From: a virus
Taxonomy: Duplodnaviria > Caudoviricetes
Direction: 5' to 3' (one strand)
IMG/VR virus record: IMGVR_UViG_3300005259_000074
Location: 32,001-96,000 of that record
DNA length: 64,000 bases
The stretch's first letter is position 1; the number at the start of each line of letters is the position of its first letter. Positions 1-10,347 of the stretch are shown here, one piece after another. Position numbers and translations under genes: made by a program. The notes beneath the pieces were generated by a model. The model did not search any database and had not been told where the DNA came from. It saw only the letters and a program-made list of their open reading frames with translations.

Positions 1-1587
1 CACATCTGCAGTAGAACTCACATCTTATCTGTTTTCCAATGTAAGCTGAACACCAGTACTTTCGAAACCAGTCGGGATGATCATCATGCGCACACGCTAT
101 GTACATGTCACAAGTCCTCGTAGACTTCGTTGAAGTGGGCGTTGATCCTCGCAGAACTCCCTTCGCAGACTTCAGAACTCTCGTCTCCGAACTCGCATCC
201 ACCGCCGGACCTCTGTTTGTAGTACTTGCACTTCGCTTGGAACTTGCGGAGCCTCTTTATCTCCTTCTTGTAGCGGTAGTCTTCGCTCAGCGGTATCTTG
301 GAGTAGTACTTCGCGAGGTGAGGCCACGTCTCGAGTTCGCACTTCCGCTCCCGCTCAGCGGACTCGAGGAACAGCCGCAGCCAACGCCTAGGCGAACACA
401 CGTAGTACACGCGAGGAACGCGAAGATCATACAGCAGCGGTTCTTCGCGTTCTATGAGGCAGAGGTTGTCTTTGTCGCTTCGAAATTTCATATCTCGTCT
501 AATTTTATATATGCCTCTTCAGCCATAGCCGCTTCGAGGTTTGTGCAGATGCGAGGTGACACTCCAGAAACGTACACACACTTTCCGCCATGGTGCATGC
601 TCATCTCGTAAAACTCGCAGTCCATCTCTTCGTCTGCTTTACAGAATTTGAAGAAGTATGTGATCGGCGAAGAGGGTTCGCTCGACTTCACGCACGTCAC
701 TTTCATTCGTGGCCGCTTCATATCATGTCTAAGTCCTCTTCACTCTGTAAGTCATACCACGCTTTTACTGAATTGCACCTGTAAGTCATGATGTCGCACC
801 ACTTGCACTCGCGTTCTCTCTTCCCAAGTTCGAAGTACTTGCACGCAGTCTGCCCACCATCAGGAAGACAGAGCAAGGGTTCATCCAGTAGTTTCAGAGC
901 TTTTAATTCTTTCACAAGTCCTCCATCTTCCTCTCGAGGTGCGCTTCTTCGCAATAGCACCGCCTCTTGACGTCAAAAGGGTTGTAGAACTTACACGCAG
1001 GCCAGTGAGGCTCCATCTCACCGGCCCTGCGCTGGAAATAAGAACAATCTTCTTGGCCTCTGTTCCAGCGTATGCCACCGCATATCCACATTCTATCTCT
1101 CTGCTCGCAGTAAGAAGTAGCTCTGATCACACTTCCTCCATAGCGTACGCCAACCTCGCTTCTTCGTTTGTGCACTCGCAGTTGTTCGTGCTGTGTTCAC
1201 AGATAGTTCGGTGATCATAACTCGTCATGTCTATCTTAAAGTACCGGCAAAATCGCTGATTGATAATGGACTGGTATGGAGGGTTGCAAATCCACTCATG
1301 TTTTCTTCCACCGTCAAAAGAGACGCAGAATGATATAGAAGTGTCTATTGCTTTCATCATATGTCGTCCATCGCTCTGTCTAGCCCTATGTTGGAGATAG
1401 CTTCAGCGCACGTGCAGTCATTTAACAGAGTATTATCGGAGTAAGAGAGGTACTTGCACTTCGACAGCGAAGCATATTCATCCTCCGGCTCATAGTATGC
1501 GCATTTCTCTTTATTTCCGTAGGAGTCAAGAAAACTACAAGCGGGCTTCTTTCCGTCGATCCTCTCTATGCAGAAGTTAGTCCTCAT
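1..1587 (-). repeat. Cys-rich mini-protein array A (7 CDS: 1..106 partial, 108..491, 488..721, 718..915, 912..1130, 1127..1360, 1357..1587)
   Basis: Members have 5-6 spaced Cys with CxYF/CEFY cores and tails YEDL, KLDEI, DLDMI, KMEDL, AMEEV, AMDDI, and are linked by 4-nt start/stop overlaps. 1..106 was read manually as MYIACAHDDHPDWFRKYWCSAYIGKQIRCEFYCRC and runs off the window. Confidence 0.85.
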
Positions 1588-1594
1588 AGATCAT

Positions 1595-1930
1595 TCACCA
1601 CTCCTCTCTTCTAGAGTAAGGAAAAGCTATAGCGTTCAATCCACTACGAGTGAGCTCAGCGACTATGTTGCTAGCGCCGACAGGATTCATCGAGTGCACT
1701 ACGATCTTCGTGTTCTTGAGGTGTCCTTCAGCGATGATCCACCTGACGAGCTCTATCATGTCCCCACCCTCACCTAGGTCGTGGTCAAAGAAAGCGACGT
1801 CGTAGTCGTCCCACTCTATCATTCCCTTAACGCCTTCGACCGTCTTCGCCGGAGCGATCTTGTGTTTCTCGAAGCGCGAGAAGAACCAGTCGATGCGCTT
1901 TTGGTCGTCATCTACGATGAGTATGTTCAT
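1595..1930 (-). CDS. cyclic-phosphate-processing receiver-like (cREC) domain protein
   Basis: MNILIVDDD...FFDHDLG...KIVVHSMNPVG matches the stand-alone phage receiver-like family. Confidence 0.7.
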   Translation of the reverse strand: MNILIVDDDQKRIDWFFSRFEKHKIAPAKTVEGVKGMIEWDDYDVAFFDHDLGEGGDMIELVRWIIAEGHLKNTKIVVHSMNPVGASNIVAELTRSGLNAIAFPYSRREEW

Positions 1931-1954
1931 GCAGCTCTCCTGTCAATGATAGTC

Positions 1955-1990
1955 AATATAACCCCCAATTCACAGGATGTAAAGGGAAAT
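1955..1990 (-). promoter_or_regulatory. sigma70-like early promoter
   Basis: The minus strand reads TTCCCTTTACA-N17-TATATT, upstream of 1930 and array A. Confidence 0.7.
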
Positions 1991-2159
1991 CAGCACAAAT
2001 TTTTAGTTGTTCTACTCAAGAGATTCAACGCCAACCACTTATAAGAAAATACGAGAAACTGATGAAGTTCGCTGTACAACGTTCACTTCCAGAGTTATGG
2101 TATACACGTAAGAGGGACAGCGGCGTCCTTCGACAAACAGTAAGGAGGAGACTGTTGAT

Positions 2160-2633
2160 ATGTACGCTATTCACGTGACAAGCAAAGACATTCAAACTGG
2201 TTCTCTTCTAGTCAGCAACCAGACTCAACAGCAGACTTATAAGTTGGTTTTTGAACTTTACAACAGAGTCGCGCTACGCTTAGGAATCAACCTTTTCCCA
2301 TCTTACGGATACGCGTATCGCACTGGGCAACCGAAGATCAAATCATTTTCGGGGGTCTCTAAGTTCTACTTAGTTGAGTCTAGCGACGTTCTAGCTTGTG
2401 ATTTGAACTTTTCAGTCTATGTGACTATGGAATCTTTCTTGTCAGCAAGACAGTATGACGGAAGAACTCTCCAAGAACGTCTCTCCAACAGGGAACAATG
2501 TGTAATGAGCAGAGCTGAGGCCTATTTTAAAAACCCTGTTCCGATAGAAAGAGAGGAATTAATTTCACCCTCTTGGAAAATCGTAAGACGCATAGCTTTT
2601 GAGGATATCCAAGATGATACTTTCTCCAACTGA
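2160..2633 (+). CDS. hypothetical protein
   Basis: 157 aa ORF with AGGAGG upstream; AT-richer than its neighbours. Confidence 0.7.
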   Translation: MYAIHVTSKDIQTGSLLVSNQTQQQTYKLVFELYNRVALRLGINLFPSYGYAYRTGQPKIKSFSGVSKFYLVESSDVLACDLNFSVYVTMESFLSARQYDGRTLQERLSNREQCVMSRAEAYFKNPVPIEREELISPSWKIVRRIAFEDIQDDTFSN

Positions 2634-2645
2634 TATCATGAAACA

Positions 2646-3764
2646 GTGAGGTCAGAGATGGCAAGAACAATCGAGTACGAGCAACTACCTTATTACGGTG
2701 TAATCACGATGATGAACACTTGCAACATCAGAGTCCGCGTGACTGAGACTGTTGAAGGCGCTATTAGGCCGATAGTCAGAGTCATAGAAGTGCGCGGAGC
2801 AGGGGCGGTGACATCAGATTTCTCGACGTCGCTGGTGTCTAAAGCTGCCCGAGAGCTGGCTTCTGTGAAGATAGCCTCTTGGAGAGACTCTAATGGACAG
2901 GAAGTGTCTACTATTGGGCCCGATCGCAAGTGTCTCGACGCTCCTGAAGACCTCCGCCAAGAGGTGTTGGACTTCATCGGCGAGAAGATGTTGGACCTCT
3001 ATGCTGAGCTGAAGATCGATTACGACTTCTCGCCGATAACTGCGGTATGTAAAGCTGTGACAGCTTCTGAGAAGTCGTTCGAAGCTGTGTCAAAAGACAC
3101 TCCCACTGCAGAGAGGCTCGCTTTCTCCCCGTTCTTCACCAAGAAGGACCACACAAAGCGTCCGAAGCGAGACTCGTGGTTCACCCCTAGCATTACCAGC
3201 GTTAACGACGGAGAAGCATGCTTGATCAGCACGACTACACCATTAGACAGAAAAGTCATCACAATCATCACTCCTGTAAAAGACAGGTTTTACTGCGAGA
3301 TGGCTTACAGCAAGGTGGTGAAGAACGTGTTCAAGAGGGGGAAGTCGATCCCTTTCACGCGCTGGATGCCAGTCGAGTGTAAGACGCTGAAATGCATAGA
3401 CGATATCATCGACAACGTCGTGAATGCCCACAAGACAATGTACGATATAGACGATGCGGTGATCGCGAGGAAGATGTCTGTCAAAGAGCAGTCTGCTCAG
3501 CTGTTGAAAGATATCGGGATGACTGGGATCGTGTCAAATGACGAGAGAGTAGAAATTAAGGTGTACTTTTCCGCCGAGGAAGATCTGAAAGATAACCGAC
3601 AGCACATGAGAAGCTGGGTCAGGATCAGCCAGAACAAATCCGGCTATTCCCTGGACTCTGCGAGCTTGCCGCCGCTGACTATCGATGATCTGAAGCGAGT
3701 GCTGAGTGTACTTGACGAGAGGGTTACAGACCACGCCGCGGACGTGAAATTAGAAGGTGTGTGA
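2646..3764 (+). CDS. hypothetical protein with C-terminal tag (VKLEGV)
   Basis: 372 aa ORF that overlaps the next gene. Confidence 0.75.
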   Translation: MRSEMARTIEYEQLPYYGVITMMNTCNIRVRVTETVEGAIRPIVRVIEVRGAGAVTSDFSTSLVSKAARELASVKIASWRDSNGQEVSTIGPDRKCLDAPEDLRQEVLDFIGEKMLDLYAELKIDYDFSPITAVCKAVTASEKSFEAVSKDTPTAERLAFSPFFTKKDHTKRPKRDSWFTPSITSVNDGEACLISTTTPLDRKVITIITPVKDRFYCEMAYSKVVKNVFKRGKSIPFTRWMPVECKTLKCIDDIIDNVVNAHKTMYDIDDAVIARKMSVKEQSAQLLKDIGMTGIVSNDERVEIKVYFSAEEDLKDNRQHMRSWVRISQNKSGYSLDSASLPPLTIDDLKRVLSVLDERVTDHAADVKLEGV

Positions 3765-4327
3765 TGCAGAAACTCAAGATAAACGAGAAGCGGCTCTGCC
3801 GATTGACATCTAAGATGGCTGCGAGTATCGTCCCGCACATGGAAAGAGTGGAGTACGCGTGGTCGCCGATAGACGATAACGGTCTCATCACACTGAGAGC
3901 CCGCGTCTATGCGAAGGCGTACGACCACGCGTCGTCACACGAAGTGTACTACATTGAACCCGATGACCCTCCACTCGAGAGGAAGAAACAGCACAGGCCT
4001 CTCCTGTGGAGGTACCGCCAGAACGAGGAAGTGTTGAAAAAGGTGCAGACTGACATCGTCGTCCACTTAGATCCATGGCTGTGGCGGACGGAGATCGTCT
4101 TCGACAAGTTAACTAAGCGTCTTGAGACCGCTGTCGTTCCGGCGGCCTTTTCGAAAGAGTCTAACCCTGACTGGGAGTGTTATGTACACGCTTTCTACGA
4201 TAGAGGCAGGAACACCTGCGTGTACAAGGGAAAGAACAACACGGATGTGTACACCTTCTGCTACACTTTCAGGTACATGAAATGGGTGCACGAAGACGAG
4301 ATAATTCGGGCAATGGAAGACCTGTGA
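3761..4327 (+). CDS. hypothetical protein with C-terminal tag (AMEDL)
   Basis: 188 aa ORF with a 4-nt overlap to the upstream gene. Confidence 0.75.
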   Translation: MMQKLKINEKRLCRLTSKMAASIVPHMERVEYAWSPIDDNGLITLRARVYAKAYDHASSHEVYYIEPDDPPLERKKQHRPLLWRYRQNEEVLKKVQTDIVVHLDPWLWRTEIVFDKLTKRLETAVVPAAFSKESNPDWECYVHAFYDRGRNTCVYKGKNNTDVYTFCYTFRYMKWVHEDEIIRAMEDL

Positions 4328-4335
4328 GTCCGGAC

Positions 4336-4905
4336 TTATTTCCCGTACCTAACTCTCAGCTGATCTACTGACGGTATCCCTTGATAGGATTCACCCTGCG
4401 GCCCTATTAAAACACTTCCACTCCTAGTCAATGGCACTCCCTGGTAACTACCGTCGCTGTTGGGAATGAAGAACAGCGATGATGGAACGCCTGCATTCGG
4501 CTGCGCTACGGGAGCTTGCGGCTGCGCTTGGACTACGCTGACTTGCTGAGGCTGCTGTACAATTTGTGGAGATTGCACTACGATCGTCTGCTGCACTGGA
4601 GGAGCGACCACAACGTACCCGACTCCGTACGGCTGGTAGTACACACCACCAGCGGTGAAGTACGGTGAACCGTTGACGTACACGACTCTCCTCTCCGGAG
4701 GGATATATGAGACCATTGCACCGGTGACTAGAGCTCCTGCGCTGAGGCCGAAGTTAGTCCAGAAGTAAGCGCCCCGACCGTAACCGTAGTACCCGTGACC
4801 ACCGTGCCAACCAGGTCCGGGACCAAATCCTGGAGGATGGGCGAGTGTTGTAGTTGAAGCTAACAGTAAGACGACTACGACAGTGATGCACATCAAGGCT
4901 TTCAT
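4336..4905 (-). CDS. secreted Gly/Tyr/Pro-rich protein, DUF6515-like
   Basis: N-terminal signal peptide, GWHGGHGYYGYG, VVYVNGSPYFTAGGVYYQP..YVVVAPP; TTCAAT-N17-TATAAT with extended TG upstream at about 4944-4972. Confidence 0.7.
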   Translation of the reverse strand: MKALMCITVVVVLLLASTTTLAHPPGFGPGPGWHGGHGYYGYGRGAYFWTNFGLSAGALVTGAMVSYIPPERRVVYVNGSPYFTAGGVYYQPYGVGYVVVAPPVQQTIVVQSPQIVQQPQQVSVVQAQPQAPVAQPNAGVPSSLFFIPNSDGSYQGVPLTRSGSVLIGPQGESYQGIPSVDQLRVRYGK

Positions 4906-5045
4906 TTCATTCTCCGTTTAAATTTATGTTACTTCTTTCTATATATTATACCACACAAAATAGTGTCATTGAAATGAAATTGAAACATCCCGTTGATTAC
5001 CAACTATTTACATAGAAAATGTGAAAATTATGATGGATTTCACTG

Positions 5046-5124
5046 TACAAGTGTACGTTGTGGTTGTATATTGATTACCATTAAGGGAACCACAACGGCT
5101 CCCGACAAACGGAGAGTAGAGATG
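5046..5124 (+). promoter_or_regulatory. repeated promoter-leader cassette, copy 1
   Basis: TGTACA-N17-TATATT-GATTACCATTAAGGGAAC..CGGCTCCC..AAACGGAGA..ATG; similar to the copies at 50419 and 62040. Confidence 0.8.
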
Positions 5125-5376
5125 AAACTCACAGCTGATCTGAAGTCCGAAGTCTACAATAAAGCTCTCGCCAAAGCGGGCGAAGGCTTGGAAGCGCTGA
5201 TGCCTTTCTTAACAGTAGAGCAGAAGGACGAATTCAACGAGGGATTTAAAGTAGGATGGGTGGGGCGCAAGCTCACCGAACAAGAGAGTTGGTGCACCAT
5301 ATTTGGCAAAGGTGTATCAGAAGGCCGACTCTGCCGGAGCCGCATCGACTACGTGATATCAATTCTTCCTGTGTAA
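5122..5376 (+). CDS. hypothetical protein
   Basis: Start reassigned to MKLTADL after the GGAGA RBS of the cassette. Confidence 0.7.
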   Translation: MKLTADLKSEVYNKALAKAGEGLEALMPFLTVEQKDEFNEGFKVGWVGRKLTEQESWCTIFGKGVSEGRLCRSRIDYVISILPV

Positions 5377-5397
5377 TTCTAACCGAAGGAAATACCG

Positions 5398-5913
5398 ATG
5401 CACTACAACGAGATAAAGAAACTCACTTCAAGAGGACGCTATTGCTGCGACTTGAACCTCGGAGAGCTGATCCCGAAGTTCGACAGTTACATTGCAGAAT
5501 ACGAACTCCAGATATGCCCTGACTTCCAAAGAGGCCACGTGTGGACTCAGGAGCAGCAGATCAAGTACTGTGAGTTCATGCTCAGGGGAGGGTGCACCAA
5601 CAACGAGTTCCTCCTCAATCACCCCGGGTGGATGCACACCTTCAGAGGAGATTTCGTGCTTGTCGACGGCCTTCAGAGATTGACTGCGATCCGCGAGATG
5701 CTCGAGGACAAAGTTCCAGTCTTCGGTGTGGCATTCAGTTCTATCGAAGACAACCGAAAGTTCAAAAGCGAGGTGAATTTCAAGGTCAATGTGAACAACC
5801 TCAAGACTCGTAAAGAAGTCTTGAATTGGTATCTCGAGCTCAACAGCAACGGAACACCTCACACTGCAGAAGAAATCACGAGGGTCAAAGAACTCCTCGG
5901 AAAGGAGAACTGA
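5398..5913 (+). CDS. DUF262 (GmrSD N-terminal/ParB-like) domain protein
   Basis: ICPDFQRGHVW...LVDGLQRLTAI motifs. Confidence 0.8.
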   Translation: MHYNEIKKLTSRGRYCCDLNLGELIPKFDSYIAEYELQICPDFQRGHVWTQEQQIKYCEFMLRGGCTNNEFLLNHPGWMHTFRGDFVLVDGLQRLTAIREMLEDKVPVFGVAFSSIEDNRKFKSEVNFKVNVNNLKTRKEVLNWYLELNSNGTPHTAEEITRVKELLGKEN

Positions 5914-5915
5914 CA

Positions 5916-6500
5916 ATGATGATCACGAAGACAGCCGAGGACAAGGTCATATTCATCGTCCAAGGAGTGATAGTAGCCGAGTACGAAGCTTCGGTGTACA
6001 AGAGTACTTCTATCGGCAGTTATGTGCCGGTCACGATATTCGACTCGTACGAATCGACGAGGAAGGGCACCACAGTAGAAGACTTCCACAAGACGCTGAA
6101 ACAGAAAGTCGTCAACAAGCTCGCGAAGATGGCAGCGGACCTTGCAAATTACACATTCCCTCTGATGATTGACTCACAGGTGATGTCAGAACACTTTGAA
6201 TTACTGGAAACAAAACTAAAAGAGATCTCCATTGAGAACATCTGCAACGTCGAGCAGTACGCCAACAGATTCGCTTCAGTAGAAGCATCTCTAGCGAACT
6301 GCGAGACGAGAGATGAAGCAAAACACATTCTCGAAGACGAACTGACGACCTCTGTAGAACTTAAGCTCTTCGCCCGTCGGAACGATATCGTAGCGTTTGG
6401 CACCAAAGCAGAAGTACGGGACCGCATCATAGAGTCGATGGTAGGCTCCCGCCTGAATTCTGACGCGATCCAGAACTACAACAAGACAGCCAGACGCTAG
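5916..6500 (+). CDS. hypothetical protein
   Basis: ORF with a GGAGA RBS before MMITK. Confidence 0.7.
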   Translation: MMITKTAEDKVIFIVQGVIVAEYEASVYKSTSIGSYVPVTIFDSYESTRKGTTVEDFHKTLKQKVVNKLAKMAADLANYTFPLMIDSQVMSEHFELLETKLKEISIENICNVEQYANRFASVEASLANCETRDEAKHILEDELTTSVELKLFARRNDIVAFGTKAEVRDRIIESMVGSRLNSDAIQNYNKTARR

Positions 6501-6523
6501 CTCTTGCTAACAGGAGAACTGAA

Positions 6524-6820
6524 ATGTCATTCACGATGAGACTGCAAGCGGCGAGGCGCAAAAAGGACCTGACCGCGGAGGACGTGATCCCGTTCGCTCA
6601 CGAGTTCAGAGACATGGACAACAACTCGGTGGGAGGACACCTTCACATAGTCCTTGACGACGGCAACTGCGAAGACCACTTTGTGGAGTTCTGCAAGCTC
6701 CAAGCTGACAGAGATCACGACATCAAAGCTTACCTACTAGCTGACACTCTCCTGTCAATGCCCGAGACCGAGCGCGAGAAGGTGGCTGAGGCATTCTACT
6801 CGCGCGAGGAACAAGTATGA
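6524..6820 (+). CDS. conserved phage hypothetical protein
   Basis: GGHLHIVLDDGN motif; AGGAG RBS. Confidence 0.7.
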   Translation: MSFTMRLQAARRKKDLTAEDVIPFAHEFRDMDNNSVGGHLHIVLDDGNCEDHFVEFCKLQADRDHDIKAYLLADTLLSMPETEREKVAEAFYSREEQV

Positions 6821-6916
6821 CCCACGAGATTAGAATGATGTTCAGGATGAGGAGAGCGTGGATCGCTCTCCAGAGGAAGCGTCACTATTCTTCAAACAAC
6901 CGGACGGAGAAGTGAC

Positions 6917-8503
6917 ATGAAGAAAGTAATAGTGCTCTTTGTGGTGTTCGCTTTCCCGGCTTTTGTTGCGTTCTACGCGACGAACGGAGATGCTTCTATG
7001 CAGCTGCAGCAGCTCTTCTGCGGTTTCTTGGCGATGTCTCTGCTAGCGTTCGGCATATCAATGTTGGTAGAAAAGAAACTTCTCTGTGTTCTACTCGCCG
7101 CGGTTTCTTGTGGAGCACAGCTCGTTGGGTGGCTCGATGCGATGTGCTTTTACATGCTCCACAAATCTTTCGACTTCGTCTTCATGTTTCACCTAGATGC
7201 GAACACGTTCAAGTTCATGACAAGCACGCAGATTGCTGGGATGATTGTCATCGCACTGTCTCTTGTTGGGTGTGCTTGGATGTTTTACGCGATATACTTA
7301 GCCGCTGGAGAAGAGGGGAAGACCACTTCGAAGTATCTGAAGTGGATGATGATAGCTTTGGGAATGTTCGGCGTAGTGATATTCGAGACTCCGTGTAAAG
7401 ATCTCGTCCACTATTTCCAACGAGCTCACGCTAGGAGTGGTATGTCTCAGCTCACAGATGAACAGATGTTGGAGCTCGGTATCAAGACGTGTCAAGTCGA
7501 CTACGAGACTCTGAAGACTGTGAAGGGCAAGAACCTCGTGTTCGTATACCTCGAGAGTTTTGAGGCTGCATTCCTTGACGAGAAGCTCTTTCCAGGACTC
7601 TGCCCCAACATAAACGCTCTCCGCAAAGAAGCGGTGGTCTTCGATAACATCACACCTTCTTTCCATGGGACGTATTCTTTCGGCGGTATTTACGCTTCAA
7701 TGGCCGGGAGCCAGATAGTGACTGCGCAGATGCCGAGTGTCTTCGAGTGCAACACTGGCGTGAAGTCGAGCTACGGTGGAAAGCTGCTGACGGTTCCAGC
7801 GATACTCTCTAAAGCTGGATATTACCAAGTGTTCGTCCACGGAGGAGATCCAGCGTTCTCCGGACTCGGAAACTTCTTGAAACACGAGCACTGTGACGAG
7901 TATATTCGCCCGCAGACTGGTCGAGGCATGGGGTGCAGAGATGACGAGATGTTCGAAGCAGCATATGTTAAGTACGCTAAATTAGCAGCCTCTGGACGTC
8001 CTTTCAGCATCACAATGTTCACGCTAGACACTCACATCGGCAACGTAATAGAACCGAACTGGGAGGAATACAATACGAAGGACGTTCCTGAGTTCGCTGG
8101 ACGGCCTGACTCAGTGCTGTCGACATGCAAGCACACGGACGCAGCTTTTGGACAGTTCATCGCCAAACTGAAGGCATCTCCGGCGTGGTCGAACACCGTT
8201 GTCTTCGTGATGAACGACCACTTCTGCTGGCCCGGAGATCACAGCAGAGTGTTGGAGAAGTCAGGGCATAGGGTCATGAATATGTTCGCGATAAACGCAG
8301 GAACTCCGCGGATCGTCAAGACGAGAGGGAAGACGTTTGACGTTGCTCCGACTGTGCTAGAGTTGGTTGGTGTCTCCCACGATTATGTGTTCCCCGTCGG
8401 AGAGTCCCTGCTCGGAACCCCCAACCCGAAGCGCCTAGAAGACGACACGATCATCAGAGAAGAGTGCCTCAACGCCTACTTGTTGAAGAAGAGTGAGAAG
8501 TAA
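6917..8503 (+). CDS. membrane sulfatase-fold phosphotransferase (OpgB/MdoB or LTA-synthase-like)
   Basis: Several N-terminal TM helices followed by NLVFVYLESFE..FPGLCPNI, TLDTH and NDH metal-ligand motifs. Confidence 0.8.
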   Translation: MKKVIVLFVVFAFPAFVAFYATNGDASMQLQQLFCGFLAMSLLAFGISMLVEKKLLCVLLAAVSCGAQLVGWLDAMCFYMLHKSFDFVFMFHLDANTFKFMTSTQIAGMIVIALSLVGCAWMFYAIYLAAGEEGKTTSKYLKWMMIALGMFGVVIFETPCKDLVHYFQRAHARSGMSQLTDEQMLELGIKTCQVDYETLKTVKGKNLVFVYLESFEAAFLDEKLFPGLCPNINALRKEAVVFDNITPSFHGTYSFGGIYASMAGSQIVTAQMPSVFECNTGVKSSYGGKLLTVPAILSKAGYYQVFVHGGDPAFSGLGNFLKHEHCDEYIRPQTGRGMGCRDDEMFEAAYVKYAKLAASGRPFSITMFTLDTHIGNVIEPNWEEYNTKDVPEFAGRPDSVLSTCKHTDAAFGQFIAKLKASPAWSNTVVFVMNDHFCWPGDHSRVLEKSGHRVMNMFAINAGTPRIVKTRGKTFDVAPTVLELVGVSHDYVFPVGESLLGTPNPKRLEDDTIIREECLNAYLLKKSEK

Positions 8504-8524
8504 CGTAAATTTCTGTGTGAGTTC

Positions 8525-9559
8525 ATGGTTACAAAGAGTGAACTAGCGAAGTCCAACAGGACGAGTGGCTGTCGAGCGTGGTCGAGTGATCCGAAAGAAC
8601 GGAAAGGACTGTGCCATGCTTACACGAAGTGCTACTGCAAGTGGTTCAAACCTCTAGACAGAAGAGTTGAAGACTACAGGACAGCGGCATGCCGCTTTCA
8701 CAACGGCGGTTACTGCACGTGCTGGGCTGCCCTCCGAGAAGCTCGAGAAGAATTCATGAAGCAGAGAGTCGCACAAGCGCTGGAAGAACTATGAAGACGA
8801 TACACAGTCACTGCTACATGATAATGACACCCAGAGGCCATCAGCACACGTGCTTGTCAAAGGTCGTGTCTTTCTGCAAGTGGTCTGTCGAGGCGACTGA
8901 CGGGAGATGCGAGCACGCATTCTTCCATTCCGACGACAGGACAACAGAGTGCATGCGCTCGGAAGCCAGAGAAGAGACCAGCGAGTACGAGGCGGCGTTG
9001 AGGATGGAAGAGATATGAAGACAATAAACCACTGCATTACGATGGAGGCGCATTTCATCAAGAAGTTCGCAGACGAACGCCAACCCGGCGACCACATGTG
9101 CGTGTCCATCGCGCAAGATTACTGCAGATTCTTCCAACCGGGACACGAGAGGTGGACTAACGGTGGGATGTCTTTCATGTGCGCGCACTGTAAGACCGAT
9201 GAACACAAGAATTACAACTGCACGTGCAAAGAAGCGATCGCCGACGCAGATGAAGCGCTCTTAGCGGAGAAGTTAGAGGAACTATGAAGGAAAATTGCTG
9301 CATCACCATAACTAACAGCATCACGCTCTTCAGAAAGAATCTCACTCCGGGAACTCACTACTGCGCGTCTAACATCTCGGAGTTCTGCAAATTTTACAAA
9401 AAGACAGTAGAGACGCTGCGTAGTTCATGCGGTGAGATTAAGACTTTCAAGTGCGCTTGGAATATGTCTCGCGATAGTGCTAGTAGTGTCTGCACTTGCA
9501 AGGAAGCGATAGATGAAGCCGACGAGGACGCCATCGCAGAGAAACTGGAAGATTTGTAG
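8525..9559 (+). repeat. Cys-rich mini-protein array B (8525..8794, 8791..9018, 9015..9287, 9284..9559)
   Basis: Cys skeleton; tails ALEEL, RMEEI, KLEEL, KLEDL; ATGA overlaps. The last two members are visibly close paralogs (CTCKEAI.(D/E)ADE...AEKLE.L). Confidence 0.85.
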
Positions 9560-9562
9560 AAG

Positions 9563-9595
9563 TTCCCTTTACATTTCATGGAAGTGGATTATATT
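9563..9595 (+). promoter_or_regulatory. sigma70-like early promoter
   Basis: TTCCCTTTACA-N16-TATATT upstream of 9625. Confidence 0.65.
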
Positions 9596-9624
9596 GGCTC
9601 TATAAACTAACTGGAGAGACCCAC

Positions 9625-10347
9625 ATGGGCAGAGTCAAGCAGTTGGACAAGTTAGTCGACAAGATAAGAGGTGTCGCTGGTGTCAGAGCGCACATCAATG
9701 AAGTGCTCTGGAAGCGGATGAAGAAGCTCGGAGAGGTGTTCTTCGAGTCCTTCTTCTATGAGGGCCAGAAGAAACCGGACGCAAAGCGTTTGTCAGACCT
9801 CTTCTACTACACCGGTGGATGGCCGCACGAGAACACCCCTCCGAAAGCGAAGGACCTCGCCCACGACATCTCCATAGCGTACAACTTCTTCAGGATAGCT
9901 GGGTACGACGACTTCGAGAAGTACCTAGCGGAGAATGGCCTGGGCATAGTGGTCCTCGACCCGGAGAAGGCGAAAGTCGTGTTCGACAAGCAGAAGTTCG
10001 CCGCCCAGGTCGCCCTATTCAACGAAGTGGAACCAGAACACGCGATGGCTCCTCGAGCTGAACCACAGGCGGCCTTCTTGGAGATCGTAGAGCGGTGCAT
10101 GGATGTGCAGGGAGAGATCTGCGCACAAGCCGACAAGATCAAACTCCGAGCTGCGGTGGAAGCGAGTGCCGAGCACAAGATCCAGAAGAAGAACTTCATC
10201 ATCGCGGTCAACAATGAGTCTAAGAGAGGTCTGGACTTCGCTGACAAGTTCAAAGCCGGGAAGTTCCACCAGAAGACACTGGACTCCTCTTCGGAGCTGA
10301 CTGAGATCGAGACCGCCATGAAGAAAGAAGACTCGATCAGAGCATGA
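9625..10347 (+). CDS. hypothetical protein
   Basis: 240 aa ORF with strong phage-like codon usage and a GGAG RBS. Confidence 0.75.
   Translation: MGRVKQLDKLVDKIRGVAGVRAHINEVLWKRMKKLGEVFFESFFYEGQKKPDAKRLSDLFYYTGGWPHENTPPKAKDLAHDISIAYNFFRIAGYDDFEKYLAENGLGIVVLDPEKAKVVFDKQKFAAQVALFNEVEPEHAMAPRAEPQAAFLEIVERCMDVQGEICAQADKIKLRAAVEASAEHKIQKKNFIIAVNNESKRGLDFADKFKAGKFHQKTLDSSSELTEIETAMKKEDSIRA

Noticed and set aside
9625-10347. Faint resemblance of the C-terminal part to T4 DsbA/GapR-like DNA-binding proteins
   Set aside because: Only a loose helical pattern; cannot be supported without a profile search.
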